Below, one piece after another: positions 1 through 9,665 of a stretch of 37,231 nt of DNA (positions are counted from its first letter, which is position 1; each line of letters begins with the position of its first letter). The DNA lies in contig CALVVI010000001.1 of NCBI GenBank assembly GCA_944363815.1, positions 1-37,231 on the forward strand, given 5' to 3'. The notes under the pieces are model-generated. The model made no database searches. It saw nothing but the letters and a program-made list of their open reading frames with translations, and had not been told where the DNA came from. The DNA is from an uncultured Bacilli bacterium (GTDB taxonomy: Bacteria > Bacillota_I > Bacilli_A > RF39 > UBA660). Made by a program: the position numbers and the translations under genes.

Positions 1-91
1 TTTTATATTTTTATAGGTATATTATACCATGAGTTCTTTCTTTTTTTATGCATTCCGATAAATTTTGACTCCGTCTACCTTGAATTATCAT

Positions 92-120
92 TTTACTAAT
101 TATAGTAAAAATGATATAAT
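92..120 (+). promoter_or_regulatory. Candidate sigma-A promoter of the rplI-dnaB operon
   Basis: TTTACT (92-97), a 17-nt spacer, then TATAAT (115-120) with TG at 112-113 (extended -10). A GAGGAGG RBS at 131-137 precedes the rplI ATG at 144. Confidence 0.45.
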
Positions 121-143
121 AATTGTACTTGAGGAGGTAACTA

Positions 144-584
144 ATGAAAGTAATATTGCTTAAGGATGTTAAAGGAAAGGGCAAAAAAGATGCCATACTT
201 GATGTAAGTGATGGATATGCTAATAACTTTTTAATTAAAAATGCTTTGGCGGTTCCATATACGAAAAGAAGTAAAGAAATATTAGATCAAGAAATTGATA
301 TAAGAGAAAAAGAAGAACAAAAATTAATTGATGAATATAATGTAATTAAAAAAAAACTTGATGATAAAGTAATTGAATTTAAAGTTAAAACTGGTGCAAA
401 TGATAAAGTATTTGGTACTGTTTCTAGTAAGCAAATTAGTGATAAGTTGAAAGAAATGGGATATAAAATCGATAAAAAATGTATTAAAATAAATGATGCA
501 ATTAGTATGCTTGGTATTACAAATGTAGAAGTAGAGTTGCATAAAAAAGTTAAATTTAATTTAAGAATTAGTTTAGTAAAATAA
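144..584 (+). CDS. rplI: 50S ribosomal protein L9
   Basis: N-terminus [16 protein letters not shown]...[10 protein letters not shown] is the classic L9 signature. Length is 146 aa, there is a strong RBS, and it lies directly upstream of dnaB as in most Firmicutes. Confidence 0.95.
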   Translation: MKVILLKDVKGKGKKDAILDVSDGYANNFLIKNALAVPYTKRSKEILDQEIDIREKEEQKLIDEYNVIKKKLDDKVIEFKVKTGANDKVFGTVSSKQISDKLKEMGYKIDKKCIKINDAISMLGITNVEVELHKKVKFNLRISLVK

Positions 585-597
585 TTAAGGAGGACTT

Positions 598-1935
598 ATG
601 GCAAGAAAAATGCCTCAGAATCTGGAAGCAGAAATGAGTGTTTTGGGTGTTGCTTTTATCAATGAATATGATGTTAATAAAATTGTTGAAGAAGTAACAG
701 TTGATATGTTTTTTGATGAAAGAAATAGGCATATATTTAATGCCATAAAGAGTCTACATGATAATAAGATACCGATTGATATAACAACGATAAAAAATGA
801 ACTTGATAAAGATAAAAAATTAAATAGTGTTGGTTTAGATTATTTATCAGAAGTAATCGATTCAGTAGTAACTAGTGCAAATTTAGACTTTTATATTAAA
901 ATAGTTAAAGATTATGCTGTAAGAAGAAATTTAATTGAAACTGCAACAGATATTATTAATGAAACTTATGAAGATGAAGATGTAACTAGTCTACTGGATA
1001 ATGCTGAAAAGAATATTCTTAATGTAGTTAGAGCGCGTAGTGTTGGGGATTTTGTGCCAATTCAAGAAATACTTAGAAGGGCACAAGCTAAATTAGAGGA
1101 ACTTGCTAAAAATAAACGAAGTATTACAGGACTTGAAACAGGTTTTCCAGATTTTGATAAGATTACAACAGGATTACAAGGTGGCGAAATGATTATTTTG
1201 GCGGCTCGTCCTGGTATGGGAAAAACTGCACTTGCTTTAAATATGGCGACTTATGCGGCTTCAAGGACTAAAAAAGCTGTAGCAATTTTTAATTTAGAAA
1301 TGTCTGCTGATATGCTTATTAATAGAATGATTTCGGCGATTGGCCAAATTGATTCATATAAATTACAAACCGGTAATATGCAAGAAAAAGATTGGAAAAG
1401 ATATAATGAGGCAATGAGTCAACTTGCAGATACTAACATTTATATTGAAGACAATGCTGGAGTTACAGCTCAAGAAATCAGAGCTAAGTGTCGGAGGCTT
1501 GCTAATAGTGAAGTCGGCTTAGGATTAGTTGTTATCGATTATTTGCAACTTGTTAATAGCGGTAGTAGACGAGTTGAGTCGCGTCAAGTTGAAGTATCAG
1601 AAATTTCTCGTGCTTTAAAAACCATGGCTTTGGAATTGGATGTACCAGTAATTGCTTTATCTCAATTATCGCGGAGTGCTGAAAAAAGAGAAAGTAATCA
1701 ACCGATGCTAGCGGATTTGAGAGAGTCCGGATCTTTGGAACAAGATGCTGATATGGTATTATTTATAAATAGAAAAGACTATTATGAAAAAGCTAAAGAT
1801 TTTAATCAAAAAATTGTTCCGGCAGAACTAATAATTGCAAAACATAGAAAAGGTGGTTTAGGTACAGTTAATTTGCTTTTTGAACTCAATATGTCAAGTT
1901 TTAAAAGTCAATTAAAAGTGAATGGAGATGAATAA
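598..1935 (+). CDS. dnaB: Replicative DNA helicase (DnaB family; DnaC in Bacillus nomenclature)
   Basis: 445 aa. It has N-terminal 'PQNLEAEMSVLG', Walker A 'AARPGMGKTALALN', 'IDYLQL' and 'SQLSR..E.R' motifs. No intein is present. Confidence 0.95.
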   Translation: MARKMPQNLEAEMSVLGVAFINEYDVNKIVEEVTVDMFFDERNRHIFNAIKSLHDNKIPIDITTIKNELDKDKKLNSVGLDYLSEVIDSVVTSANLDFYIKIVKDYAVRRNLIETATDIINETYEDEDVTSLLDNAEKNILNVVRARSVGDFVPIQEILRRAQAKLEELAKNKRSITGLETGFPDFDKITTGLQGGEMIILAARPGMGKTALALNMATYAASRTKKAVAIFNLEMSADMLINRMISAIGQIDSYKLQTGNMQEKDWKRYNEAMSQLADTNIYIEDNAGVTAQEIRAKCRRLANSEVGLGLVVIDYLQLVNSGSRRVESRQVEVSEISRALKTMALELDVPVIALSQLSRSAEKRESNQPMLADLRESGSLEQDADMVLFINRKDYYEKAKDFNQKIVPAELIIAKHRKGGLGTVNLLFELNMSSFKSQLKVNGDE

Positions 1936-3467
1936 TGAAAACGAAAGATATTATAATAACTGTTGTTCTTTCAGTGATTGTTATAGGTCTTTACTTTATT
2001 GATCAAAATATTGATACAGAAATTAAATATGCGGATAAGGCATATCAAGTATATTTAAATGGCGAAGTAATTGGTCTTATTGAAGATGATCAGAAATTAT
2101 ATGATTTAATTAATAATGAACAACAAGAAATAAAAAACACGTATAATGTTGATAGCGTTTATCCTCCAAATGTATTTAAAATTGTTGAAGTTAATACTTA
2201 TGATAAGGACTTTACAACTGCAACAAACATATATGATATGATTGAAGAGCGTGATGATTTTACAGTTAGAGGCTATACGATAACTATTAAATATAACGAA
2301 GATGATTATTATGAAGAGGAGGAAGTGCCAGAGAACTATACTATTAATGTTTTAGATAAATCAGTATTTGAAGAGGCAATTAGAAATTATATACTAGCGT
2401 TTGTTTCAGAAGAAGATTTAAATAGTTATATAACTGGAGAAATAGCTGATTTAACTGATATTGGAGAAATTATAAATAATATGTATTTTGAAGAAACGAT
2501 TACGATTAAAGAAGCCTATATCAGTGTTAATGAAAAAATATATACTGATGCTGCAGAATTATCTCAGGTGCTGCTTTTTGGGCCAGATGCAACAATGGAT
2601 AGTTATACAGTACAAGCTGGTGATGATATTGAAAGTATAAGTGCTGATTATAAGCTAAATCCTCAAGAATTTTTGATTGCTAATCCTAATTATCGAAGTG
2701 AAAATGTTTTGCTTAAGATTGGAGATACTGTAAATGTAACATTGTTAGATCCAATTATTACTTTTGTTTATGATGTTTATAGAATTGAAGAATCTGTGAC
2801 ACCATTTGCAACTAAAACAGAAGTTGATAAAACTAAAGAAAGAGGATATTCGGAAATTACACAAGCTGGGGTAACTGGCTTAACACTTAACCATGAAACT
2901 TTTTCAGTAACTAACGGAGAACAATCATCAGAAATATCTATAATTGATTCAATAACTATCCGAGATGTAGTCGATCAAATTACAACTGTAGGGCCAACAT
3001 ATTCTAGTGGTGGAAGTGTTAGTGGTTCATATGTTGATATTCCAGGAGACTGGGGCTGGCCAACAAATCAACCATCAGTTATTACAAGTCGTTATAGTAT
3101 GCGTTGGGGCCGGTTACATGAAGGTATAGACATTTCTGGTACTGGTTATGGTTCGCCAATTTATGCTATTGGTGATGGAACAGTAGTAAATGTTTCTCCG
3201 GCATGTTCATCTTGTTATCAATGGTCGAATGGTAATTATGTTGTTGTAGAGCATGCTAATAATGTTTATTCTGCTTACCTGCATTTAAGTGGATTTAATG
3301 TTCGCGTTGGAGATAGTGTTCGAAAAGGCCAAGTAATTGCTTATATGGGAAATAGTGGTTTTGTAACGGGAACGCATTTGCATTTAGGAATTTATATTGG
3401 TGAACCATTTTCTGGTGGTAGTACTCGTTCAGTAAACCCTCTTACATCAATATATAGTGGGTTATAA
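1935..3467 (+). CDS. Membrane-anchored M23 peptidoglycan metalloendopeptidase with LysM and G5-like domains
   Basis: N-terminal TM segment (IIITVVLSVIVIGLYFI). LysM-like 'YTVQAGDDIESISADYKLNPQEFLIANPN'. G5-like 'ITQAGVTGL...ITTVGP'. M23 motifs HEGIDISG (HxxxD) and GTHLHLGI (HxH). TAATG overlap with the dnaB stop. Confidence 0.85.
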   Translation: MKTKDIIITVVLSVIVIGLYFIDQNIDTEIKYADKAYQVYLNGEVIGLIEDDQKLYDLINNEQQEIKNTYNVDSVYPPNVFKIVEVNTYDKDFTTATNIYDMIEERDDFTVRGYTITIKYNEDDYYEEEEVPENYTINVLDKSVFEEAIRNYILAFVSEEDLNSYITGEIADLTDIGEIINNMYFEETITIKEAYISVNEKIYTDAAELSQVLLFGPDATMDSYTVQAGDDIESISADYKLNPQEFLIANPNYRSENVLLKIGDTVNVTLLDPIITFVYDVYRIEESVTPFATKTEVDKTKERGYSEITQAGVTGLTLNHETFSVTNGEQSSEISIIDSITIRDVVDQITTVGPTYSSGGSVSGSYVDIPGDWGWPTNQPSVITSRYSMRWGRLHEGIDISGTGYGSPIYAIGDGTVVNVSPACSSCYQWSNGNYVVVEHANNVYSAYLHLSGFNVRVGDSVRKGQVIAYMGNSGFVTGTHLHLGIYIGEPFSGGSTRSVNPLTSIYSGL

Positions 3468-4231
3468 TGCGTATTTCAGTGTTATCTAGTGGCTCTAAAG
3501 GAAATGTAACGTATTTAGAGACTGAAAGTAAAAGATTTTTACTTGATGCTGGGCGAAATTATAAATATATTAGTGATGCTTTAAATAGTATTGATGTTGA
3601 TATTAAAAGCATTGATTATATTATAATTAGTCATGATCATAGTGATCATATATCGGCATTAAAAACTCTTATTAGTAAAACTAAGGCAACTGTAATATTA
3701 AGCGAAAAGCAATTTTATCAAATTGAAGACTTAAGTAACTATCCTCACATATTAGTATGTGAGGATGAGTTAACAATTGATAATGTTAAAATTATTTCGT
3801 TTAAGTCTAGTCATGATGCGGTTGATTCAAGAAATTTTGTGATTGAAGAAAAAGGTGTAAGAATAGGTTATATTACTGATACAGGTTATGTAAATACGAA
3901 GAATTTTAAATATATAAAAAATTTAGATATTTATTTGTTTGAAAGTAACCATGATGTAGAGTTGTTGCAGCATGGACCATATCCGGCATGGCTTAAAAAA
4001 AGAGTATTAAGTGATGATGGACATTTATCAAATAAAGCTGCAGCATTTTATTTAACTAAATTAATTGGAGATAAAACCAAGGAAATAGTATTAATACACT
4101 TAAGTGAAACAAATAATATGGAAGAAATAGCCTTAGAAACTATTAATAATACATTTATGGAATATGGAATAGATTTTCATAATATAATTTGTGCAAGACA
4201 AAACGAAATAACGAAAGTGATTGAATTATGA
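3467..4231 (+). CDS. MBL-fold metallohydrolase, YycJ/WalJ-like
   Basis: 'MRISVLSSGSKGN..YLE...FLLDAG' plus the 'HDHSDH' metal motif. 254 aa. It is followed by rlmH, as yycJ is followed by yydA in Bacillus. TAATG overlap with the upstream gene. Confidence 0.8.
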   Translation: MRISVLSSGSKGNVTYLETESKRFLLDAGRNYKYISDALNSIDVDIKSIDYIIISHDHSDHISALKTLISKTKATVILSEKQFYQIEDLSNYPHILVCEDELTIDNVKIISFKSSHDAVDSRNFVIEEKGVRIGYITDTGYVNTKNFKYIKNLDIYLFESNHDVELLQHGPYPAWLKKRVLSDDGHLSNKAAAFYLTKLIGDKTKEIVLIHLSETNNMEEIALETINNTFMEYGIDFHNIICARQNEITKVIEL

Positions 4232-4665
4232 TTAAAATATTGTGCGTGGGAAAAATAAAGGAAAAATACCTTGAGGAATTGATTGTAGATTATCAAAAGA
4301 GAATTAGCAAATATATGAAAATTGAAATTGTGGAATTAAAAGATGATTCAATACATGAAAGGGAAATTGCTAATTTGAGCAAGATAATTAATTCGAAAGA
4401 TTACAATGTGGCATTGGATATGCGGGGTAATATTTTTTCTAGTGAAGAATTTGCTAGTTTTGTTGATAAGACGTTAGTTGTCAACAGCAATATTACTTTT
4501 ATTATTGGTCCATCACTTGGGTTAAATGAAGAAATATTAAATAAATGTAACAAGGTTATTAGTTTTTCAAATATGACTTTTCCACATGGGCTATTTCGTG
4601 GGATATTACTTGAACAAATATATAGGGCTTTTAAAATAATACATAATGAGTCTTATCATAAGTAG
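4228..4665 (+). CDS. rlmH: 23S rRNA (pseudouridine1915-N3)-methyltransferase RlmH (SPOUT)
   Basis: 'MIKILCVGKIKEKYLEELIVDYQKRISKY.KIEIVELKD' is the typical RlmH N-terminus, and the C-terminal 'FSNMTFPHGL.R..L.EQIYRA' also fits. ATGA overlap with the upstream gene. Confidence 0.85.
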   Translation: MIKILCVGKIKEKYLEELIVDYQKRISKYMKIEIVELKDDSIHEREIANLSKIINSKDYNVALDMRGNIFSSEEFASFVDKTLVVNSNITFIIGPSLGLNEEILNKCNKVISFSNMTFPHGLFRGILLEQIYRAFKIIHNESYHK

Positions 4666-4673
4666 GTGGAATA

Positions 4674-5486
4674 ATGGATCTTGAAGATTTAAAAAATTGT
4701 AAATATGGCTTTACGCATAGTGGAATTTTTCATGCTGATGATGTATTTGCTACAGCATTTATTAAAATGATTAATCCCAATATTGAAATTGTCAGGGGCA
4801 ATGAAGTGCCGAATAATTTTACAGGAATAGTTTATGATATTGGTTTAGGTGAATTTGATCATCATGGAGATGATAATGAAACTAGAGAAAATGGAATTCC
4901 CTATGCAGCATTTGGTAAGTTATGGCGAAGCTTTGCTAAAGATGTTTATGGAGAATATGTAAGCAAAAAGATTGATCGAAGCTTAATTGAGGCAATGGAT
5001 TTGTCAGATAATACTGGCAAGCCAGATTCTTTATGCTTGGCTATAGCTGCTTTTAATCCTGTTGGCAAAGATAGTAGCGGGGATAAAGAGTTTGCTTTAG
5101 CTGTTGATATGGCGAAAAACATTTTAGAACATTTAGTGATAAAAGAACAAGTTCATTTTGAAGAAGAAAAAATGGTAAAAGAAATATATGCTAAATCTAA
5201 AAGTAAAGAAATTATTGTATTAAGTAAATATTTGCACTTTAAAGATACTTTGCCTGGAACTGATGCTTTATATGTAATTTATCCATCTATTAGAGGTGGC
5301 TATGTTGCTCAAGGAGTTACAATTAATTCTGATACAATTGAACTTAAAAAGCCCTTTCCTAAAAAATGGGTTAATGAATTACCAAGTTATTTAACGTTTT
5401 GTCATAAAAGTCGCTTTTTAATTGCGGGTGAGTCTTTGGAAGATGTAAAGCATGCTTGTAATGTAGCTTTGAAGGAGGAATTTTAG
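4674..5486 (+). CDS. MYG1/UPF0160 family metal-dependent hydrolase or exonuclease
   Basis: 'GFTHSGIFHADDVFATAF' and 'DIGLGEFDHHG' match the MYG1 signature as I remember it (GTH.G.FH.DE...; DVGG..DHH). 270 aa. Confidence 0.75.
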   Translation: MDLEDLKNCKYGFTHSGIFHADDVFATAFIKMINPNIEIVRGNEVPNNFTGIVYDIGLGEFDHHGDDNETRENGIPYAAFGKLWRSFAKDVYGEYVSKKIDRSLIEAMDLSDNTGKPDSLCLAIAAFNPVGKDSSGDKEFALAVDMAKNILEHLVIKEQVHFEEEKMVKEIYAKSKSKEIIVLSKYLHFKDTLPGTDALYVIYPSIRGGYVAQGVTINSDTIELKKPFPKKWVNELPSYLTFCHKSRFLIAGESLEDVKHACNVALKEEF

Positions 5487-6145
5487 TGATTGGTAATGAT
5501 TGGGATCAAAAATTGGAAATTATTTGGAATAGTCCGGGCTTTCAAAAATTTTATAAAATGATTATAGCAGAATATGATAAAAAAATTATTTATCCACCAA
5601 AGGATTATATCTTTAATGCTTTAAAACTTACAAGTTATAAAGATACGAAAGTGGTAATTGTTGGTCAGGATCCTTATCACGGAGAAAATCAAGCTCATGG
5701 ACTTTCTTTTAGTGTTCAAAAGGGAGTGAAGTTACCGCCGTCATTACAAAACATTTATAAAGAATTAGAAAGTGATTTAGGTATACCTCCAAAAAGTGAT
5801 GGAGACCTAACTGGCTGGGCTAAACAAGGAGTTTTGATGCTTAATGCTGTTTTAACAGTTGAAAAAGATAAGGCAGCAAGTCATAGAAATTTAGGGTGGG
5901 AACCTATGACTGACTATATAATTAAACTTTTAAATAAAAAAGATGAACCAGTTGTGTTCATTTTATGGGGAAACTTTGCAAAAGAAAAAGCAAAATTAAT
6001 AAAAAATCCTAAACATTATATTATTATTAGCCCTCATCCTTCGCCGCTTTCAGCTTATTCGGGTTTTTTTGGAAGTAAGCCTTTTTCAAAAACTAATGAT
6101 TTTTTAGTAAAAAATAGAATACCACCAATTGATTGGTCACTATAG
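5486..6145 (+). CDS. ung: Uracil-DNA glycosylase (family 1)
   Basis: 'VVIVGQDPYHGENQAHGLSFSV', 'GVLMLNAVLTV' and 'HPSPLSA' motifs. GTG start overlaps the upstream stop (TAGTG). Confidence 0.93.
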   Translation: MIGNDWDQKLEIIWNSPGFQKFYKMIIAEYDKKIIYPPKDYIFNALKLTSYKDTKVVIVGQDPYHGENQAHGLSFSVQKGVKLPPSLQNIYKELESDLGIPPKSDGDLTGWAKQGVLMLNAVLTVEKDKAASHRNLGWEPMTDYIIKLLNKKDEPVVFILWGNFAKEKAKLIKNPKHYIIISPHPSPLSAYSGFFGSKPFSKTNDFLVKNRIPPIDWSL

Positions 6146-6688
6146 TTTGAAATCATCGATGACAGCATCTTGCATATTTTTACCATCAAAGAAAGGTTTA
6201 ATTTTATACCGATGAATTTTAGCTACTATATTCGACGGAAACTTACGAATTATTTGATTGAGTTCCGTCGTATTTTTATTGTAATAAGTTTTACAAGAAG
6301 TTAAAGTCTCATTTATAATATTTATTTCTTTTAATTCGTTATTAAACTCTTTATTATCTAATTCGTTATAATCGTTTTTAACTTCTAAAATGATATTCAT
6401 TGCTTCTGTTAATTTTCTGTCAAGTTCATAATTGCTAATTCTTTTATCTTTAAGGTCAATATAGTCTTTTAAATAATCTTTTTTTGTTACTACTTTTTTA
6501 ATAGCTATATTCATTTTAACAATTAAATCGTATTTTTGACGAAGATTTTCATCAATAATTCCTTCAGCTTTTTCTATTTTTATTTTATAGTTTACAAGAT
6601 TATTGTAAGTTATTACATAAGCGATGGCAATAATTCCCACAATAATAATAAGAACTAGTATAAAACTTGTTATCATATAAATCACCAT
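6140..6688 (-). CDS. lemA: LemA family membrane protein
   Basis: N-terminal TM, then 'YNNLVNYKIKIEKAEGIIDENLRQKYDLI' and C-terminal 'YYNKNTTELNQIIRKFPSNIVAKI' follow the LemA pattern (YN.L......A...I...L.RR.DLI ... YN..V..YN.....FP...VA). Convergent with ung. Confidence 0.75.
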   Translation of the reverse strand: MVIYMITSFILVLIIIVGIIAIAYVITYNNLVNYKIKIEKAEGIIDENLRQKYDLIVKMNIAIKKVVTKKDYLKDYIDLKDKRISNYELDRKLTEAMNIILEVKNDYNELDNKEFNNELKEINIINETLTSCKTYYNKNTTELNQIIRKFPSNIVAKIHRYKIKPFFDGKNMQDAVIDDFKL

Positions 6689-6784
6689 AAATATTATAGC
6701 ACGGATATTTTACTCGTAAAAGGGCTTTACTTGTTAAGTTGCAAATAATTTGGTAAAATATGTATATGTTAAGGGATGATTACC

Positions 6785-8455
6785 ATGAGAAAAAATTCAT
6801 TTGTTGAAGGAACAATAATTGCCACATTAGCAATTGTTTTTACAAAAATTTTGGGAATGCTTTATGTAATTCCTTTTTATTCAATAATTGGGTCTCAAGG
6901 AAGTTCATTATATAGTTATGCATATAATATTTACATGATTTTTTTGAGTATTTCTTCAGCTGGCATTCCTACTGCAATGAGTAAAATAGTTAGTGAATAT
7001 GAATCGCAAGGATTAAAGGAAGCTAAGGTTAGGTCTTTTAAAATTGGTATTTTTATAGTTAGTATTTTATCTGTTTTATGTTTTTTGGTTTTGATGTTTT
7101 TTTCAGAAAGTATTGCTAAGCTTATTGTTGGAGATATGACGGGTGGCAACTCTTTAGAAGATATTACTCTAGTTATATTTGTTGTGTCTTTTGCTGTACT
7201 CTTTATACCTTTTTTAAGTGTGGCTCGAGGATATTTACAGGGACACAAATATATTCAGCCATCATCAACGAGTCAAATGATTGAACAAATTGTTAGAATT
7301 GTAGTTATAATTGTTGGTAGTTTTTTTATTATCAGCATTTTACATAAATCAGTATCATTAGGAGTAGCAGTAGCTGTTGCTGGAGCGTTTGTTGGGGGGC
7401 TTGCAGCAATTTTATATATTGCTAGAAAAATATTTACTCATAAAAAGGAATTAAGTTTAGATGAAAAACTAATAAAAGATAAGGTTTCTAATAAAGAAAT
7501 CCTTAAAAAGATTTGTTCTTATGCAATTCCTTTTGTCATTATTAACTTGACGGTAAATATTTATAATACCGTCGATATGTCACTCATTATTAGAACATTA
7601 TCATCTATTGGTTATAGTGGAGCTGATGCCGAGTTTGTAGCTGGTGTTATTACTACTTGGGGTTATAAACTTAATATGATAGTAACAGCTGTTGCTACTG
7701 GTTTAACTGTCAGTTTAATACCTAATATTGTTTCAGCATATACATTAAAAAAATATAATAAGGTTAATAAAATATTTAATAAGGCTTTACAGATAATTTT
7801 ATTTATTTCTATACCCGCTGCTTTTGGCTTGTCGTTTTTGGCTTATCCTGTTTGGAATGTTTTTTATGGAATAGATGCATATGGCCCAACTGTTTTTAAG
7901 CTTAGTATTATTACTGCGGTATTTTGTAATTTTTATTTGATTACTATTCAGACTGCTCAAAGCGTTAATAAATATAAAATAGTCTATATTGCAGTTATTA
8001 CGGGATTTTTAACTAATGCTTTATTAGATGTTCCATTAATGCTGCTTTGCAATAAAATTGGTTTACCACCTTATTATGGGGCTTCTTTTGCAACGATGTT
8101 AGGTTATACAATTGCTATTGTTATTGTTTTAGTGGCCTTAAAAAAGATAAAAGGTATGAGGTATGGAGAAACTTGGAAAATGTTATTTAAAACTATTGGG
8201 GCTTTAGTAGTAATGCTTGTAGTGTTATCTTTATTAAAATTGATTTTACCTTTCCATACTTCAACGAAAATGCTATCGATTATTGATATTGTCATTTATG
8301 CAGTTGTTGGGGCACTTGTTTACTTATTCTTGATGTATAAAATGGGTATTATTAAAGATTTATTTGGCCAAAAGGTTATTAATAAGGTTTTAAAAATAAT
8401 TACTTTTGGTAAATATAAAGTTAAGGAGTGCGAAAATGATACTGAAGAAGATTGA
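6785..8455 (+). CDS. MOP-superfamily flippase (YtgP/MurJ/SpoVB-like; putative lipid II flippase)
   Basis: About 14 hydrophobic segments and about 556 aa. The N-terminus 'MRKNSFVEGTIIATLAIVFTKILGMLYVIPF' is typical of this family. I prefer ATG 6785 (AAGGGA RBS at 6771-6776) over the ORF-track start 6776. Confidence 0.8.
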   Translation: MRKNSFVEGTIIATLAIVFTKILGMLYVIPFYSIIGSQGSSLYSYAYNIYMIFLSISSAGIPTAMSKIVSEYESQGLKEAKVRSFKIGIFIVSILSVLCFLVLMFFSESIAKLIVGDMTGGNSLEDITLVIFVVSFAVLFIPFLSVARGYLQGHKYIQPSSTSQMIEQIVRIVVIIVGSFFIISILHKSVSLGVAVAVAGAFVGGLAAILYIARKIFTHKKELSLDEKLIKDKVSNKEILKKICSYAIPFVIINLTVNIYNTVDMSLIIRTLSSIGYSGADAEFVAGVITTWGYKLNMIVTAVATGLTVSLIPNIVSAYTLKKYNKVNKIFNKALQIILFISIPAAFGLSFLAYPVWNVFYGIDAYGPTVFKLSIITAVFCNFYLITIQTAQSVNKYKIVYIAVITGFLTNALLDVPLMLLCNKIGLPPYYGASFATMLGYTIAIVIVLVALKKIKGMRYGETWKMLFKTIGALVVMLVVLSLLKLILPFHTSTKMLSIIDIVIYAVVGALVYLFLMYKMGIIKDLFGQKVINKVLKIITFGKYKVKECENDTEED

Positions 8456-9665
8456 TGAAAAAAGCTATGAAGAATTTGTTATTCGAAGTGGGCAAGGTAG
8501 CATGTATCAAAGTATTGAATGGCTTAATTTAAAAAAATTAGAAGGAAAAAAGTGTGAATTATTAGGATTATTTTCGAACGATAAGTTAGTTGGGGTATCT
8601 TTAATAATTTATAGTAGAGTTTTAAAAAAGTATTATTTTGCATATGCATCAAGAGGCTTTATTTATAATTATCAAGATATTCTGGGTTTTAAAAAAGCTT
8701 TAATTAAATATTTTAAAAAGAAGAAAGTTATATTTTTTAGAATGGATCCATTGATTGTTTTGGCTAAGTATAATAAAAATATGAAAAAAGAAGAAATCTT
8801 AGAAAGTCGTCAGTTGATTGAAGGTTTAAAATTTTATGGGTTTAAACATTATGGATTTAATCGGGGATTTGAAACTATGCAATTTAGATTTGTTCATGTT
8901 TTGGATGTTGCAAGTGATTTTGATGAACAAATGCAGGGAATGAGTAAAAGTACAAGAAAAAACATGGATTTAGCTAAATTTCGAGGAGTAAGATTTCGAA
9001 AATGTGGATTACAAGACATTGATATCGCCGAAAAGTTTTTTGAAATGTCTAGTGAAAGAAAACACTTTAAAGGTTTTGATAATAAATATTATGAAAGATT
9101 ATATAAAGCATTTAAAAATAGTTTAACTTTATATATAACTTATATTGATAAAAATGTTTATATTAATAATATTAATAATAAGTTAAATGATTTAAGAAGA
9201 GATTTGGAAGAATTACATTATAAGATGGTGCATGATAATGTAGGTAAGAAATTAAAAAATCAAGAATTATTGTTAAATCAAGCAATGCAAAAATATAAAG
9301 AGGAATTAAAATCTGCAAAAGAATTAAAAGATAAAACCGATATTGCAGCGATGCTTACGATAAGTAAGTATAAGGAGGTAGTATCATATGTAAGTGGCAT
9401 GGATAATCATTATCGTAAATTCAATCCTAAATATGTGATGTATCCTGCGATGATTAAGGATGCTATAAATGAAAATTTGAAAACAATTAATTTTTTGGGA
9501 GTAAAAAATATATTTGATAAAGATGATTCAGATTATGGGGTTTATGATGTAAAGAGGGGTTTTGGAGGTAATACTTTAGAATATGTTGGAGAATTTGATT
9601 TGCCAATTAAGAAAATGTTATATCGGATATATAAACTTAAAAATAGGTTAAAAGGAGGCAAATAG
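8436..9665 (+). CDS. FemXAB-family aminoacyl-tRNA-dependent peptidoglycan bridge transferase (paralog 1)
   Basis: 'YQSIEWLNLKK', 'YASRGF', 'MDP', 'KSTRKN', a central coiled-coil insert (aa ~250-310) and C-terminal 'Y..KRGFGG...EYVGEFDLP' match the FemA/FemX/MurM architecture. Start moved to ATG 8436 (AAGGAG RBS at 8423-8428). The track start 8406 overlaps the flippase gene. Confidence 0.85.
   Translation: MILKKIDEKSYEEFVIRSGQGSMYQSIEWLNLKKLEGKKCELLGLFSNDKLVGVSLIIYSRVLKKYYFAYASRGFIYNYQDILGFKKALIKYFKKKKVIFFRMDPLIVLAKYNKNMKKEEILESRQLIEGLKFYGFKHYGFNRGFETMQFRFVHVLDVASDFDEQMQGMSKSTRKNMDLAKFRGVRFRKCGLQDIDIAEKFFEMSSERKHFKGFDNKYYERLYKAFKNSLTLYITYIDKNVYINNINNKLNDLRRDLEELHYKMVHDNVGKKLKNQELLLNQAMQKYKEELKSAKELKDKTDIAAMLTISKYKEVVSYVSGMDNHYRKFNPKYVMYPAMIKDAINENLKTINFLGVKNIFDKDDSDYGVYDVKRGFGGNTLEYVGEFDLPIKKMLYRIYKLKNRLKGGK

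Noticed and set aside
6140-6145. The convergent ung and lemA genes share the palindrome CTATAG, which holds both stop codons. GNAT and the 104-aa ORF (36587/36588) abut with zero spacing. There is no terminator between either pair.
   Set aside because: This is a real observation, but it is most simply explained by genome compaction. I cannot infer antisense regulation from sequence alone.
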